Origin: Gekko japonicus
Lineage: Eukaryota
Direction: 5' to 3'
DNA length: 64,000 nt
NCBI RefSeq assembly: GCF_001447785.1
Contig: NW_015161498.1
Span: 124,001-188,000 of the forward strand
The translations under genes and the position numbers were made by a program. This document shows positions 1-12,802 of this stretch, in pieces (within the stretch, counting starts at the first letter, position 1; every line of letters starts with the position of its first letter). A model generated the notes under the pieces. That model was not told where the DNA came from. It was given only the letters and a program-made list of their open reading frames with translations, and searched no databases.

Positions 1-1667
1 CCACAGCAACAATGATAGACACGGAGGAAGTCAGTGGGGGCTCTCCATTGTCTCTGACCTCCACGGTCATGTTGATGGTGGCCATGCTGTCCTCCTCCAG
101 CTTACGAGTCGTCCTGATCTCCCCACTGTGGACATCCACTCGAAAGAGGTCTGGAGCCGAGGCCTGGGCAAGGCGGAAGAACAGCCAAGCGTTCTGCCCT
201 GAATCTGCATCAAGGGCTATGACTTTTGTGACCAAGTACCCTGCACTGGCTGAGCGAGGGATCATCTCCACNNNNNNNNNNNNNNNNNNNNNNNNNNNNN
301 GGTCGTTCTGATCCACCACATAGATATGAACAGGGGCCGTGCTGCTGAGAGGCGGCACCCCAGAATCCTGGGCCTTCACCACGACCTGGAACTCCCTCAA
401 CCTTTCATAGTCGAAGGATCTGACAGCATAAAGGCTGCCCGTGTCAGACTGAATGGAGACGTAGGAGGCGACGGGCAGCCCTTCGATCTCTCCATTCAGC
501 AGAGAGTAGGAAACAGAAGCATTTTCCTCAGCATCCGGGTCAACGGCCTTGGTGGTGCAAAGGGGGACCCCAGGGGTGTTGTTTTCAGGGATGTAAACAG
601 AGTAAGCCCGCTCTTCGAAGCGGGGAGGGTTGTCGTTGACATCGGAGATGTCCACCTGGATAGTTCTGTGGGAAGTCAGGGGAGGGGCCCCAGCGTCGGT
701 GGCCGTGATGGTGATGTTGTAGGCGGGGGCCCTTTCCCGGTCCAGGTGGCCCGCGGTGACCAGGGTGTAAGAATTTTTGAAGGAGTTGAGTTTGAAAGGC
801 AGGTGGGCAGGAGAGCTGAGAGTGACCTGCCCATTTTGGCCAGAGTCCTGGTCAGTGACGCTCATTAAGGCCACCACGGTGTCCGGAGGGGCATCCTCAG
901 GCACAGGGCTGTACAAGGCAGTCAGCACCACCTCGGGGGCATTGTCGTTGGCATCCACCACCTCCACCAGCATTTTGCAGTGTCCAGCCATGGGGACAGA
1001 GCCCCGGTCTGTGGCTTGCAGGTAGATCTCATAGGAGGAGGCTTCCTCATAGTCCAAGGTGCCGTTAACCCTCACCTCTCCGGATGCCGGGTCGACGGTG
1101 AAGAGGCGGCGCACTCCCTGCGGGGTGTAGCTGCTGAAGGCATAGCGCACCTGGCCGTTGGGTCCCTCGTCCGGGTCCGAGGCATTGAGGGTGACCACCA
1201 GCGTGCCCGGGGCCGCGTTCTCCAGGAGCCTGGCGGTGTAAGTGGGGCGGTCGAACTGCGGGGGGTTGTCGTTGGTGTCCAAGACCCGCACGGAGATGTG
1301 AGCCGTGGCCGACTTGGGCGGCTGGCCGCCGTCGAGGGCGGTGAGGACCAGCCGCTGGAGCGGGCTCTGCTCGCGGTCGAGGGGCTGAAGCAGGACCAGC
1401 TCGAGGACTTTGCTGCCGCGCTCGAAGCCGCGCCGGTCCAGGGCGAAGTGCCGGTTGGGGCTGAGCTGGTAGGTCTGCACCGCGTTGGTGCCCACGTCCG
1501 GGTCCTGCGCGCCCTCGACGGGGAAGCGGGCGCCAGGCAGGGCCGACTCGCTGAGCTCCAGGCGGGCCTCCGGGCTGGGGAAGTGGGGCGCGTTGTCGTT
1601 GATGTCCAGCACCTCCACCTCCAGGTCGTGCACCTCCACCGGCTGCTCGATGACCAGCTCCAATCCT
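1..1667 (-). CDS. PCDHAC2: Protocadherin alpha-C2 variable exon, partial (end of EC1 to EC6). ATG probably in gap 1668-2131; 3' part runs off the window
   Basis: Manual minus-strand translation (not in ORF track): LEVEVLDINDNAP...ISVRVLDTNDNPP...LDYEEASSYEIYLQATDRGSVPMAGHCKMLV...EVVLTALYSPVPE...GLPVASYVSI...VEMIPRSASAGYLVTK. Closely resembles mammalian alphaC2 as I recall it; the position downstream of alphaC1 fits. Internal gap 272-300. Confidence 0.93.
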
Positions 1668-2520
1668 NNNNNNNNNNNNNNNNNNNNNNNNNNNNNNNNN
1701 NNNNNNNNNNNNNNNNNNNNNNNNNNNNNNNNNNNNNNNNNNNNNNNNNNNNNNNNNNNNNNNNNNNNNNNNNNNNNNNNNNNNNNNNNNNNNNNNNNNN
1801 NNNNNNNNNNNNNNNNNNNNNNNNNNNNNNNNNNNNNNNNNNNNNNNNNNNNNNNNNNNNNNNNNNNNNNNNNNNNNNNNNNNNNNNNNNNNNNNNNNNN
1901 NNNNNNNNNNNNNNNNNNNNNNNNNNNNNNNNNNNNNNNNNNNNNNNNNNNNNNNNNNNNNNNNNNNNNNNNNNNNNNNNNNNNNNNNNNNNNNNNNNNN
2001 NNNNNNNNNNNNNNNNNNNNNNNNNNNNNNNNNNNNNNNNNNNNNNNNNNNNNNNNNNNNNNNNNNNNNNNNNNNNNNNNNNNNNNNNNNNNNNNNNNNN
2101 NNNNNNNNNNNNNNNNNNNNNNNNNNNNNNNGCTCTTCCTGCCGGGCGTGCGCGCTGGGAGGGGCGCGCCGAGCTTCGGCCGGGCTGCCTTTCAGCACCT
2201 GAGCTGTGGACAGCGACCTGCCGGCGCCGCAGGGGACTGGGGAGAGCGGGCGGCCTGCCCTTCGCTCAGTCGACTCCGCCGGCCGGCAGCATCGTAGCAG
2301 GCAAGCCGCTTTCGGGGGATCCTAGAGATGCCCGGGGGGGGGGGAAGTCTCCCCCTGAGCCCGACCTCTTCCCAAGGCAAAGCCCCTCTCCCTGGCCGGG
2401 AAACCAGCCAGCGTCGTTTGTGGCGCGTTTGGTGCGGCCCTGACACAGTGGTAACTCGGGGCCCCGGTGGAAAGCTGGAAACCACGGCTCGGAACGGGCG
2501 GCTGAATGTTAGGGAGGCAA
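1050..2520. promoter_or_regulatory. CpG island over the alphaC2 promoter and 5' part of the exon
   Basis: Very high GC and CpG density on both sides of the gap; boundaries approximate. Confidence 0.75.
2191..2217 (+). promoter_or_regulatory. Non-canonical (spaced) REST/NRSF RE1 site
   Basis: TTCAGCACC (2191-2199) + 8-nt spacer TGAGCTGT + GGACAGCGAC (2208-2217); both half sites near consensus, just upstream of alphaC2. Confidence 0.75.
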
Positions 2521-3766
2521 ACGCAACTGTCGATTTCTCTCCCCTCTCGGAGAGAGGGGAGTGGGGGAGAGAAAAGTCTACCGAGCTGCTTTATCTAGAA
2601 AGGCCCACCTGGTCTCCAAGGCTCCAGGAGATAATGAACGAGAATCGCCACCCATTTAAAATGGATACCACCAGCCTTGAAAAATATAGGTTATCAAAAC
2701 ACCCACAGCAGCGTGTCAGTTTCAGACGTGCCAGAAAAAGTCTGCTGGAAGGAAAAGAGCTCTCAGCTCCTCTTTTAGGTAGCCAGGAGATGCGGGGGGA
2801 GGGGGGGCTTGCACAGCTGCGTCAGAGTCCTTGGAAGGCTTCTCCAGAAGGGCTGGTGGCCATAATCGATGATGCTGAGTCACGCTTGCCATGCCTTCTT
2901 TCCCCCTTCGGCTTTGTATTAAGATTAAGGCTCCCTGCAGTGCCCTCCTCTCCCTACAGAAGCGCCAGAAATGTCTTTTTCAGGGATCCTTTCCCTCACC
3001 TTCCCCTGCCAACATCTTCAGGGTCCTGCATTTCAAAGAGAACTTTATAGTTGGGGGGTGGGAAAAGAAATGAATGAAATAAACAGTACCAACAGGACAT
3101 AAATGTTGGCGGACTTGGCCATTCACCTCCCTGAATTACAGGCAGGCTCCACAATCGCTGCGCTCCAGAACTTCTAAAATCACAAGCTTCAAAGTATTAA
3201 TAATGGATCATAATGTTTCGGTAATAAATGGATGCAGATTTGGAAACTAGGGAATAACAGGCACTTATCCATGCTTGCCCAGTTTGTTTTCTATGAAGCT
3301 TGGATCTGTCACCCACAGTCTACAAATCAAAATGCTGTAACCATCAGATACAGAAAGACAACTGCCCACCCCCAACCTGTGCTCTGGTCCACACATATCT
3401 TGAGCCCCACTGGCTTCCTCCTCCAATTTCTCCTTCTGTTTGAGTCTGTAGGGAGCCAATCCTTCTCTCAGAGTCTGTGAGCCAGCCCTTAAAATGTGTG
3501 CATTTCTACAATGAATAGCCTAGGTAAGGAATAGTTTCATGTTTTTCTTTTGTTCAATAGGTCCTGTATGTTTGTTTGCCCAGATTTCCAGTTTATTCTC
3601 AATAAAACAGTCCATCCAGTGCAACGCTTGCTGGATTAACTCAGGCTAGGCCTAATGCAGACATTCAGTAAAATACAGTCAACAGATGTACACATTCCAA
3701 ATGCAAACGTTTACATCATAAAAGGATGAAACTAATACATTTTTAAAGTTAAGTAAAATACCAATA

Positions 3767-4093
3767 CTGCTAAAGAAGACTCTTGAGAGTCCCTTGGACT
3801 GCAAGGAGATCGAATCAGTCAATCCTAAAAGAAATCAACCCTGACTGTTCCCTGGGAGGCCAGATACTGAAGCCGAAGCTCAAATACTTTGGCCACCAAA
3901 TGAAAAGGGAGAAGACCCTGATACTGGGAAAGATTGGAGGTAAAAGAAAAAGGGGATGGCAAAGGGTGAGATGGTCAGATAGTGTTATCGATGCAATGAA
4001 CATGAAGTTGAGCAAACTCCGGAGGGCCTGGCGTGATGTGGTCCATGGGGTCGCAAAGAGTTGGACTCAACTGTGTGACTGAACAACAGCAAC
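3767..4093 (+). mobile_element. BovB (RTE) LINE, 5'-truncated 3' end
   Basis: Encodes RVPWTARRSNQSILKEINPDCSL...KLKYFGH; (CAA)n-like tail; imperfect TSD AAAATACCARTA (3755-3766 / 4094-4105). Confidence 0.9.
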
Positions 4094-5829
4094 AAAATAC
4101 CAGTAAACCCACTGTCAAAATTAGATCAGACCTCTGAACCCACTTGGCATACTTTCAAGACATGGTCACGACATTTTAGTGCCCATGAGATGAATTCTGC
4201 CCAGGAGTCTGCCCAGGTTCTTACTGGGGTTGTAAAATCAGTGTCTGGCCTCTTCCACTTCAGGCTGTAGGCTGAGGTTCACACGAGTCCTCTTCCATGC
4301 AAAAAATCCCCTCCACCCAGAAACCGGCAGGTCAGACTATCCCTTGACACCTACTTTTCTACATAAAGGGAATTAATTTTCTTCATTTTACGAAGAAATA
4401 TTCATTGATGTTAGCCTCAATTTGCAGTCTGAGTTGGTACAGCCCAGACAGAGGTTTACCACCTTAGTAAGAACTAAGCCTGCAACATACACATACAGTT
4501 ATTTTCTTCTCAGCCAGTTAGCGTCATGCTCTAGACTTGAACAGCATTTTCAAAATCAAGATTGAGAAACAAGGGCAATAAAAAAAAACCCTCCTGAACA
4601 ATTCAAGCCTTCCCATGCATGGAATTTCACTGCAGAGTTAATCTTCTAAAGCTTTCTGTTCTTTCCTTTTCTAAATATATCTCCAAGCCCCTCCTGAACT
4701 CATGGGTGTTTCATGTTTGGGTCCAGCCTCAGCCATTTCGTTTCATGGTTCAGATCTCTTTTATGCCTGACTTTCTTGGCTACATATTCTTCCCTTGTTT
4801 GAAGCTCGGTGTATTTTTTTAGGTATGGCCTTCCCAAACTGATCATTGGGTTTAATCTATCACTGCATCCAGGTTATCTTAACGTAAATCTGATCTCATC
4901 TGTTATGTAAATCCCATTCACCCAAACTTTGCTTGTTGCACTCAATATATCAGGAGCCAGAATTCTTCAGAGATGTGAGGCCTTGAAAAGCTGCCAAACA
5001 ACCAATGAGAAAGCAGTATAAATCTTGTCTGGTTAGGGCTTGTCTTTAAATGGGTCATTTCTGTTGCTGCAGGAATTAGTAAGCAAAACAGCCCTTGTCC
5101 AAAAATCACCCTTCCTGTCCAGTGTGTACTTGCTGGATGAGATTTGTATTTAGGGTGACCTTGCAGGCTAAGGCTGCAGTGGGAGGTCAATGGGTCTCCA
5201 TGTCAGCTGCCCAAACTGTGTGCAGAATGGCAGCCTTATAAAAGACCATGTGGCTATGTAGTCCGACCAGCTAGATTAAATGCCTAGCCCAATTCCCACT
5301 AGCTTGTGCCTGGGATGTATTACCTTAAACTGCAGACTGGGAGCCACATGATTGAATTCTCAAAGAAAATCCTTTCTTTTATCATGTATGTTTTAAATTG
5401 TTAGCCCTTGTGAGGGCAGAAAGGCAGGATACACATTTTGTAAAGAAAGAAACAAATGTATTCTCATTTTCTGGCTATGTTGGGGCCAAAATGTGGACAA
5501 GCGAACAGAAGCTGAATTTAAAGACAAAGCTAATGATGGTTAGTGGGGGGGGGGCACTCAATGAAGAGGAGTTTCAACCTCACAAAGTCACACAGCTATG
5601 GAGGGTTCTTGGAATCAACATCACAGTGGAAAGGGGGCTGCCTAAGTCAACAGCTCATACTGCACTTGGTGGATCATCAGAAATGTCTTAATGCTCTTTC
5701 TAATATTAATTTGAGGCTATAAACCTTATTTATTTAGTACATTTTTATTCCATCCTTCCTCTATGGAGCTCAAGGTAGTGTGCATTGTTCTCCCCTCCTG
5801 CACTTTATCTTTATAACAATCCTGTCAAG

Positions 5830-6036
5830 CAGTGTTCCCTCTAAGCTGAGTTAGTGTGAGCTAGCTCACAGGTTTTTAGCCTGCAGCTCATACATTTTTG
5901 TTTTGGCTCAGGAAGGGAGGGCTCCAGAGGAAACTAATTTATGCAGTAGCCAAGTTGCCTGCTCACAACTTTAATGCCAGCAGCTCACAAAGTAGATTTT
6001 TTGCTCACAAGGCTCTACAGCTTAGAGGGAACATTG
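5830..6036. mobile_element. hAT-type MITE, family B (TIR CAGTGTTCCCTCTAAGC)
   Basis: TIRs plus perfect 8-bp TSD CTGTCAAG; inserted in an older MIR/L2-like SINE remnant (~5720-6165). Confidence 0.88.
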
Positions 6037-6880
6037 CTGTCAAGTATGTTAGCAGTACTGTTGAGTGTGCATTTGTGTGTGAGACTGGCCAAAGGTCATT
6101 TAGTGAGCTTCATGGCAGAGTGGAGGTTTGAACTTGCATCACCCAGATCCTAGTCTAACACGAAGACTACTTTTCTAGGAGTAAGGCCCAGACCTAATGT
6201 TGCCTCTATTCCCCTCCCTACTGAGCAGAGCCATTCACGTCCCGAGCAGAATATAACTGCTGTGATCTTAAAATGGGCAACGGGCAGTGCAAGACCCTGC
6301 GTGGCTCCAGATTGCTGCTGAGCGGGGCTTCCTGGGTTCATGAGCAGCATCTCACATGCACAGCTTAGAGGGAATTGCGGGTCTATATGTTTCCACTGCA
6401 ATCTCCAAAATCACCCAACAGCTTCCAATTGATTATACAGCCTATACCATCAAGACCACATTACAGGCCTGTCATGCCCAGAATTATGGGCACATATCCT
6501 ACTAGTCTGCTCAGTGAAGTCTGAAATCTTCCTGCAGCCTAAGGGGCCTTTCTGCAACTTGAGTGGCTCTTCTTCTGCTAGCAGGACTTCTGCTTGGTAG
6601 AACACATCCCAGATAACTTCCTTGCTTGAAGAACATACCAGACCAGTCTGTTGGTCCATCAAGGTCAATATTGTCTACTCAGACTAGCAACAGGTCTCCG
6701 GGATCTTAGGTAGAGGTCTTTCACATTACCTCCTACCTGATCCTTTTAACTGGACATGCCAGGGATAAAACCTATGACCTTCTGCAGGCCAAGCAGATAC
6801 TCTACCGTTCAGCCACAGCCCCTCCCTGCACATGTCCTCCAGCCTCAGAAACCATGGAGAACAAATGAGATCTATGTAAA

Positions 6881-7226
6881 GGTAAAGGTAAAGGTTCCCT
6901 TGCTCAAAAGCCAGTCGAATCCGACTCTAGGGTTGCGGTGCTCATCTCCGTTTCAAAGCCGAAAAGCCAGCGCTGTCCGAAGACGTTTCCGTGGTCATGT
7001 GGCCAGCATGACTAAACACCAAGGCGCACGGAATGCTGTGACCTTCACACCAAAGTGGTACCTATTTATCTACTTGCAATTTCTTGCTTTCGAACTGCTA
7101 GGTTGGCAGGAGCTGGAACTAGAGACGGGAGCTCACTCCATTTTGCGGCACCCGGGTCTCGAACTGCTGAACTACTGACCTTCCACAGCCTGCAGTTCAG
7201 CGTCTTAACCACTTGAGCCACCGCAG
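6881..7226 (-). mobile_element. Sauria SINE, full length
   Basis: (ACCTTT)n tail in reverse, characteristic body GGTCATGTGGCCAGCATGACT / TACCTATTTATCTAC; TSD CTATGTAAA. Confidence 0.88.
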
Positions 7227-7665
7227 CTATGTAAAAAGAGCTAAAAGAGAAGCTGGTGTGATCAGAGTGCAGGCATAAAGATACAAGCACTCCTGGGAGA
7301 ATGTCTGTGGGCCAGCCATGGTAGAAACTGCTGCCTTCCAGCCTCCTCTGCAGAATTTCCCCCTAGGTTTTGGGGATACACAGGATGGACAGGTTTCCTA
7401 CAACAGAACTCAGCACGCTAGAATGTGGGGTTCCTACATACCTGTACTACTGAGTGGCATTAAAAATATATACCCCTTTCTTCCTAATTTCCTTTTGAAA
7501 TGAAAAAAAAGGAAAATATTTTGCACAAAAACACTATGGTATCAAAAGTGAAATATGAAAAGGTTGCTATTATAAAATGAACATGAAATTTGGGGAGATT
7601 TCAAACAGGCAAAATTCCATTCCAGATGTTTTCTTGAAGCAGACGTGTCAGAGCATGGGAGAGTA

Positions 7666-8014
7666 AAGGTAAATGTTCCCCTTGCTCGAAAGCCAGTCGA
7701 ATCCGACTCTAGGGTTGCGGTGCTCATCTCTGTTTCAAAGCCGAACAGCCAGCGCTGTCCAAAGACATTTCCGTGGTCATGTGGCCGGCATGACTAAACA
7801 CCAAGGCACACAGAACGCTGTTCCCTTCCCACTGAAGTGGTACTTATTTATCTACTTGCAATTTCTTGCTTTCGAACTGCTAGGTTGGCAGGAGCTGGAA
7901 CTAGAGACAGGAGCTCACTCCGTCATGTGGCACCCGGGTCTCGAACTGCTGAACTACCAACCTTCCACAGCCTGCAGTTCAGCGTCTTAACCACTTGAGC
8001 CACCGCAGCCTTAA
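7666..8014 (-). mobile_element. Sauria SINE, full length
   Basis: Highly similar to 6881-7226; TSD GGAGAGTA. Confidence 0.88.
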
Positions 8015-9404
8015 GGAGAGTAGCCTTAACCACATTTGTATTTACCTCCTCCTACTTCTTTGTAAAACTGTGGTAATTAATGCTGTAACAACAAATGCAG
8101 AGTTAATATTAAAAACTCTCAATCCAGGCAGCAAATAGCCTGATCCATTAATCCTGGTCCCTCACTTGCATTCCCTGGGTTGACAGTCAAATGTCGTGTT
8201 AACCAAGTATACAGTCGTTTAAATCAATGGGTTTAAACTGTAGTAACTGTGCATGAGACTGTACTCAGCCCTGAAACCATACCCTCAGACATGGCACCCT
8301 GATTTCCACCCCTAATCTTGCACCATTCAAGGCTCTTTTCTATGGCATCTGATGGCTCTGTCGAATTCTTGTGCTATCTGTGTTGGCTCATGGCAGCAAC
8401 CTTGAACCGGACTCTGCAGAGTCAAAATGCCAGAGAAGCATCTCATAGGGTAGAACGCTCACCCTATTATACACAGACTTGGGCAAAGCACCATGTTTTC
8501 TGTGCTTTCAGTCTCCTGCGAAAAAGAAATACAAGTTGTCATTTTGGAAGAAAAGTCCTGATGTGCTCTTCATTGGGGACAAAAAAGAGCCACCATGGAG
8601 TCTAAGACCTACTTTCTGCAGATGAGCAAGTCTGGAGAAATGTCCCTGATGCCCAAGAACAACATGTTACCAAGGGAAGCACAAGGGCAGAGAAGCACCT
8701 TTTTTACTGACATCAACAAAAGAAAGAGATCTGCAGCTCCAGTTCAGTAAACAGAGAAAGGAGGGACACCAGAGAGTTTAATCAATTATTCACAGCAACC
8801 ACAACTTGCAAGCAAAGAATCTGAACCTCAGTAATCAGAATCACCAAGGTCATGGAGTGGAGGTATAGGCCTAGTAGCTAACACACAGGCGTGGGAGTTC
8901 TATGCTAATAGAGAAAGAAAATGAGTCTGTGTAAGGGGCATAAGGAAGGGTCCCGAGGGATCGCACTGGGAGTCCATCTCAACCAGCATTCGTTTTCAAG
9001 CAGTGGCCAGACAGATTTCTCCAGAAAGCTCATTAATGGGCATGGCAGCAGACACCCGACTTATCCCTAGAGATTGGAACAAAGAAGTACACTGTTTCCA
9101 AACACAGAAGTTCCATTGAGCTATTGACCACAAGCACAAGTAGACTCATCCTCCATGCATTTGTCTAATTCCCTTTCAAAGCTATCTAATCCAGTTGCTT
9201 TCACCATTTATCTGACTATGAAAGTCACCCTGGTGTAGCAGTTAGAGTGCTAGGTGAGGACCTAGGCAGGGTTGCCAGGCCTCCCACTATGGCTATGGCT
9301 GGGTTTCCCAGAAGTGATCATAGTGTACATGACGCTGCGTGCCCCGCCCCCAAGCTCTCACTGGTTGCCAGCCTGGGAACTCTAGATCTGGGAGAGCCAT
9401 GTCA

Positions 9405-11417
9405 TTTGGTAAATCTGCCCTCCAATGGTAAGAGTGCTTACACAGACATTGTCAAAACAATTTACAAATAGCCTGCCCTAAAATTCCCAGAGAGGTGGAA
9501 ATGGGCTCACCAGCACAGCCCTCAGGCTGCCTCCACCTCACCTGATGCTTCCAGTAAGTTGCCTGATTCTTCGGAAAAGGCACTAAACTCTACCAAGAAT
9601 TCCCCAAAAGCACACCAATGACAAGCAACCACATTGTTAGGCTTCCAGATAACCAGTGTGGTGTAGTGGTTAGAGTGTCAGAAAAGGATTCGGGAGCTCC
9701 TAGGATCTGGTTCAAGTCCCCACTCCACCACTGAAGCTCGCTGGGTCACCTTGGGGCAGTCACACACTCTCAGCCTAACCTACCTCACAGGCCTGATGTC
9801 AGGATAAAATGGAGGAGGGAGAACAATGTATTTCTACGAAATGACCCCTGGCTATGGGTTTCCCAGAAGTGACATCATAGTGTACATGACGCTGCATGTC
9901 CCGCCCCCAAGCTCTCACTGGTTGCCAGCCTGGCAACTCTGGATCTGGGAGAGCCAAGTTCAGAGCCCCCCTCTGGCATGAAATTTCCTGGGTGACCTTG
10001 GTCTCATCACTCTCTCTCTCAGCCTAGCCTACTTCACAGGGTGGCTGTTAGGATAAAATGGAAGATGGGAGAACAGCACTGTAAGCTGCTTTGGCTCCCC
10101 ATTGGGGAGAAAACCAGGGTAGAAATATTTCAACAAACAAATATGTGGCAGCAATTCTACAAATGAATTGTGTGTGCCAAAGAACTTTCAATGGCTTGCC
10201 CTGAATCTGCAACCCATCAAGTTCTAGCATTATAGAAGAGAGAGAGAAAATTATCCATAGATATCAACAACTTGTTTGTTACAGAAAGGTTCAGTGTCTG
10301 GCACTTCATATCTTGAGGGCCACTGGCTGAAACACAAACAGAAATATGCTAGACTGAGTTCCATATACATATGGCTATCTGCTTTGTGAAGGATTTGCCC
10401 CTGTCGATATTATAAAAAAATCCAGGAAACAGGTCCAGCCTCAGCTTCCATTTGTACTTTGGCAAACCTAGGGGAGCCCCCCTCCAGCTTGCAGAAAAAT
10501 CCACGTTGTTTGGTAAATCTGCCCTCCAATGGTAAGAGTGCTTACACAGACATTGTCAAAACAATTTCCAAATAGCCTGCCCTAAAATTCCCAGCGAGGT
10601 GGAAATGGGCTCACCAATACAGCCCTGATGCTTCCAGTGAGTTGCCTGATTCTTGGGAAAGGGCACTAAACTCTACCAAGAATTCCCCAAAAGCACACCA
10701 ATGAAAAGCAACCACATATTTAGGCTTCCAGATAACCAGTGTGGTGTAGTGGTTAGAGTGCCAGAAAATGATTCGGGGGCTCCTAGGATCTGGTTCAAGT
10801 CCCCACTCCACCATTGAAGCTCGCTGGGTCACCTTGTGTCAGTCACACACTCTCAGCCTAACCTACCTCACAGGCCTGATGTCAGGATAAAATGAAGGAG
10901 GGAGAACAATGTAAATCCTCTGGGTAAAGGTAAAGGTTCCCTTGCTCGAAAGCCAGTCGAATCCAACTCTAGGGTTGCGGTGCTCATCTCCGTTTCAAAG
11001 CCAAAGAGCCAGCGCTGTCCGAAGACGTTTCCGTGGTCATGTGGCCGGCATGACTAAACACCAAGGCGCACGGAACGCTGTTGCCTTCCCACTGAAGTAG
11101 TACCTATTTATCTACTTGCAATTTCTTGCTTTCGAACTGCTAGGTCGGAAAAGGCACTAAACTCTACCAAGAATTCCCCAAAAGCACACCAATGACAAGC
11201 AACCACATTGTTAGGCTTCCAGATAACCAGTGTGGTGTAGTGGTTAGAGTGTCAGAAAAGGATTCGGGAGCTCCTAGGATCTGGTTCAAGTCCCCACTCC
11301 ACCACTGAAGCTCGCTGGGTCACCTTGTGTCAGTCACACACTCTCAGCCTAACCTACCTCACAGGCCTGATGTCAGGATAAAATGGAGGAGGGAGAACAA
11401 TGTAAATCCTCTGGGTA
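9405..11417. repeat. Locally triplicated segment (9405-9830, 10509-10925, 11145-11417) containing a SINE remnant; probably uncollapsed haplotypes
   Basis: Near-identical copies; copies 1 and 3 share variants against copy 2. 9291-9398 is also repeated at 9849-9957. Confidence 0.8.
10926..11144 (-). mobile_element. Sauria SINE, partial (tail half)
   Basis: Matches the first ~220 bp of the 6881 copy, then breaks into the duplicated segment. Confidence 0.85.
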
Positions 11418-12574
11418 CAAATGTATAAAGTAAAATAAAAATTAAATAATCTTTTATGCACACCTGCTTAGAGAGTTTCATAGACCAGGTGTTGGATGTA
11501 CTAGAAGATATATTTATGCTCCCTTCTGAGGTATAGTAGATGATCTAGCAGGTAAATGTTTCTGTCCCTTAAATCAAGTTTGCAATGATATTGCCTTTCA
11601 AATGTAACACTCTCCCAAGAGTAAATCAATACACTTGTTCTCTTCCTGAACCAGCACAAAGTTTTGTTTTCTTTGTCCCTACCAATGTCATTGATGGCAC
11701 CTCATGATCAACTTTTATTATAAGCTGAGTTAGGGTGAGCCAGCTCTTACTGCTGGTAGCTCACAAAGCAGAATTTTTGCTCACAAGACTCCACAGCTTA
11801 GAGGGAACATTGCTCATGATCAACTTTTATTATTATTGCTGACAGAAAGTGAGATAGAAGTAGGAAGATCATAGTGCAAACTGTTCTGAAGTGGGGAATG
11901 GTAAACAACTATTCTGATGGGCTAGCAAAAGAGGAAATGGATGGGAAGTAAGAAAGAAAGCAGGAAATACACAGAAGGAAGGAGGGAGACAAGAGACAGG
12001 AATAAAATTAGGCCAGATATCTTTCATTAGATATACATTTTTGCCACAATTGTACTTGTTCAGCCTGAGAGATCACTTTAAAATCGTATTACTTCAAACC
12101 CCGGAGCTATTCATACAGGAAAGACCATTGGATGGTCCTTCAATTCCATCAGCAGACGCCAAGACTGAGAGAACGGGGTCATCCCTTGTGGCAGGAGAGG
12201 AGCCACCCGGTCTGTTCCATATTTGCAATCTGGTGGGGCAGTCCTCAGTAGATCTACTCAGATGTCAGCCCCCTGTTATTTAGTGGGGCTCACACCCAGG
12301 AAAATATCCATTGGCTGTGGTCAAACGGAGCATTAGGCACGCTAGAGAGACGGAAGATAGGCGGATTTTCCGGGTGCAATCTCACCACCACATCTGGGAA
12401 GCGTAGAGCTCCCGTGGGTCACCCGAGGCTTCACTCCGAAGATGCGCTGTAAAAAACTAGTACTTCCGAGGTACTAGTTTCCGGAAACCGCGGGGCAAGG
12501 GAGGGCCTCTGATTGCGTTTCCGGTGGTAGTTCCGGCACCTGCCCATGTCTTCTCGCAAAAAAGGGTTTCCCCC

Positions 12575-12802
12575 CGTGGCACCTTTAAGGCCAAGTTTTA
12601 TTCAGGTACAAGCTTTCCCTCCTCTGTGAGGGTAGATCTGCACGCCCCCCCCCCAATAGCTAGCAATCCAAAAAAGTCTAGTGGACCCTGAGCGGTGGGT
12701 GTTGCCTTCTGACACACTCCCAGTGATGTCAGGGGGTGTGGCATATGCAAATGAGTTATGCTAATGAGCTCCGGCACCTCTTTTTCTACAAAATGACCCC
12801 TG
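12575..12802. mobile_element. hAT-type MITE family A, one-ended fragment
   Basis: Matches the right half of 13956-14370 and ends in AAATGACCCCTG. Confidence 0.75.

Noticed and set aside
1505-1525. eCBS-like CCCGTCGAGGGCGC in alphaC2
   Set aside because: Three mismatches including the core A; explained by FPVEGA codons.
326-2443. Plus-strand ORFs over alphaC2
   Set aside because: Antisense shadows of the cadherin exon, lengthened by Ns.
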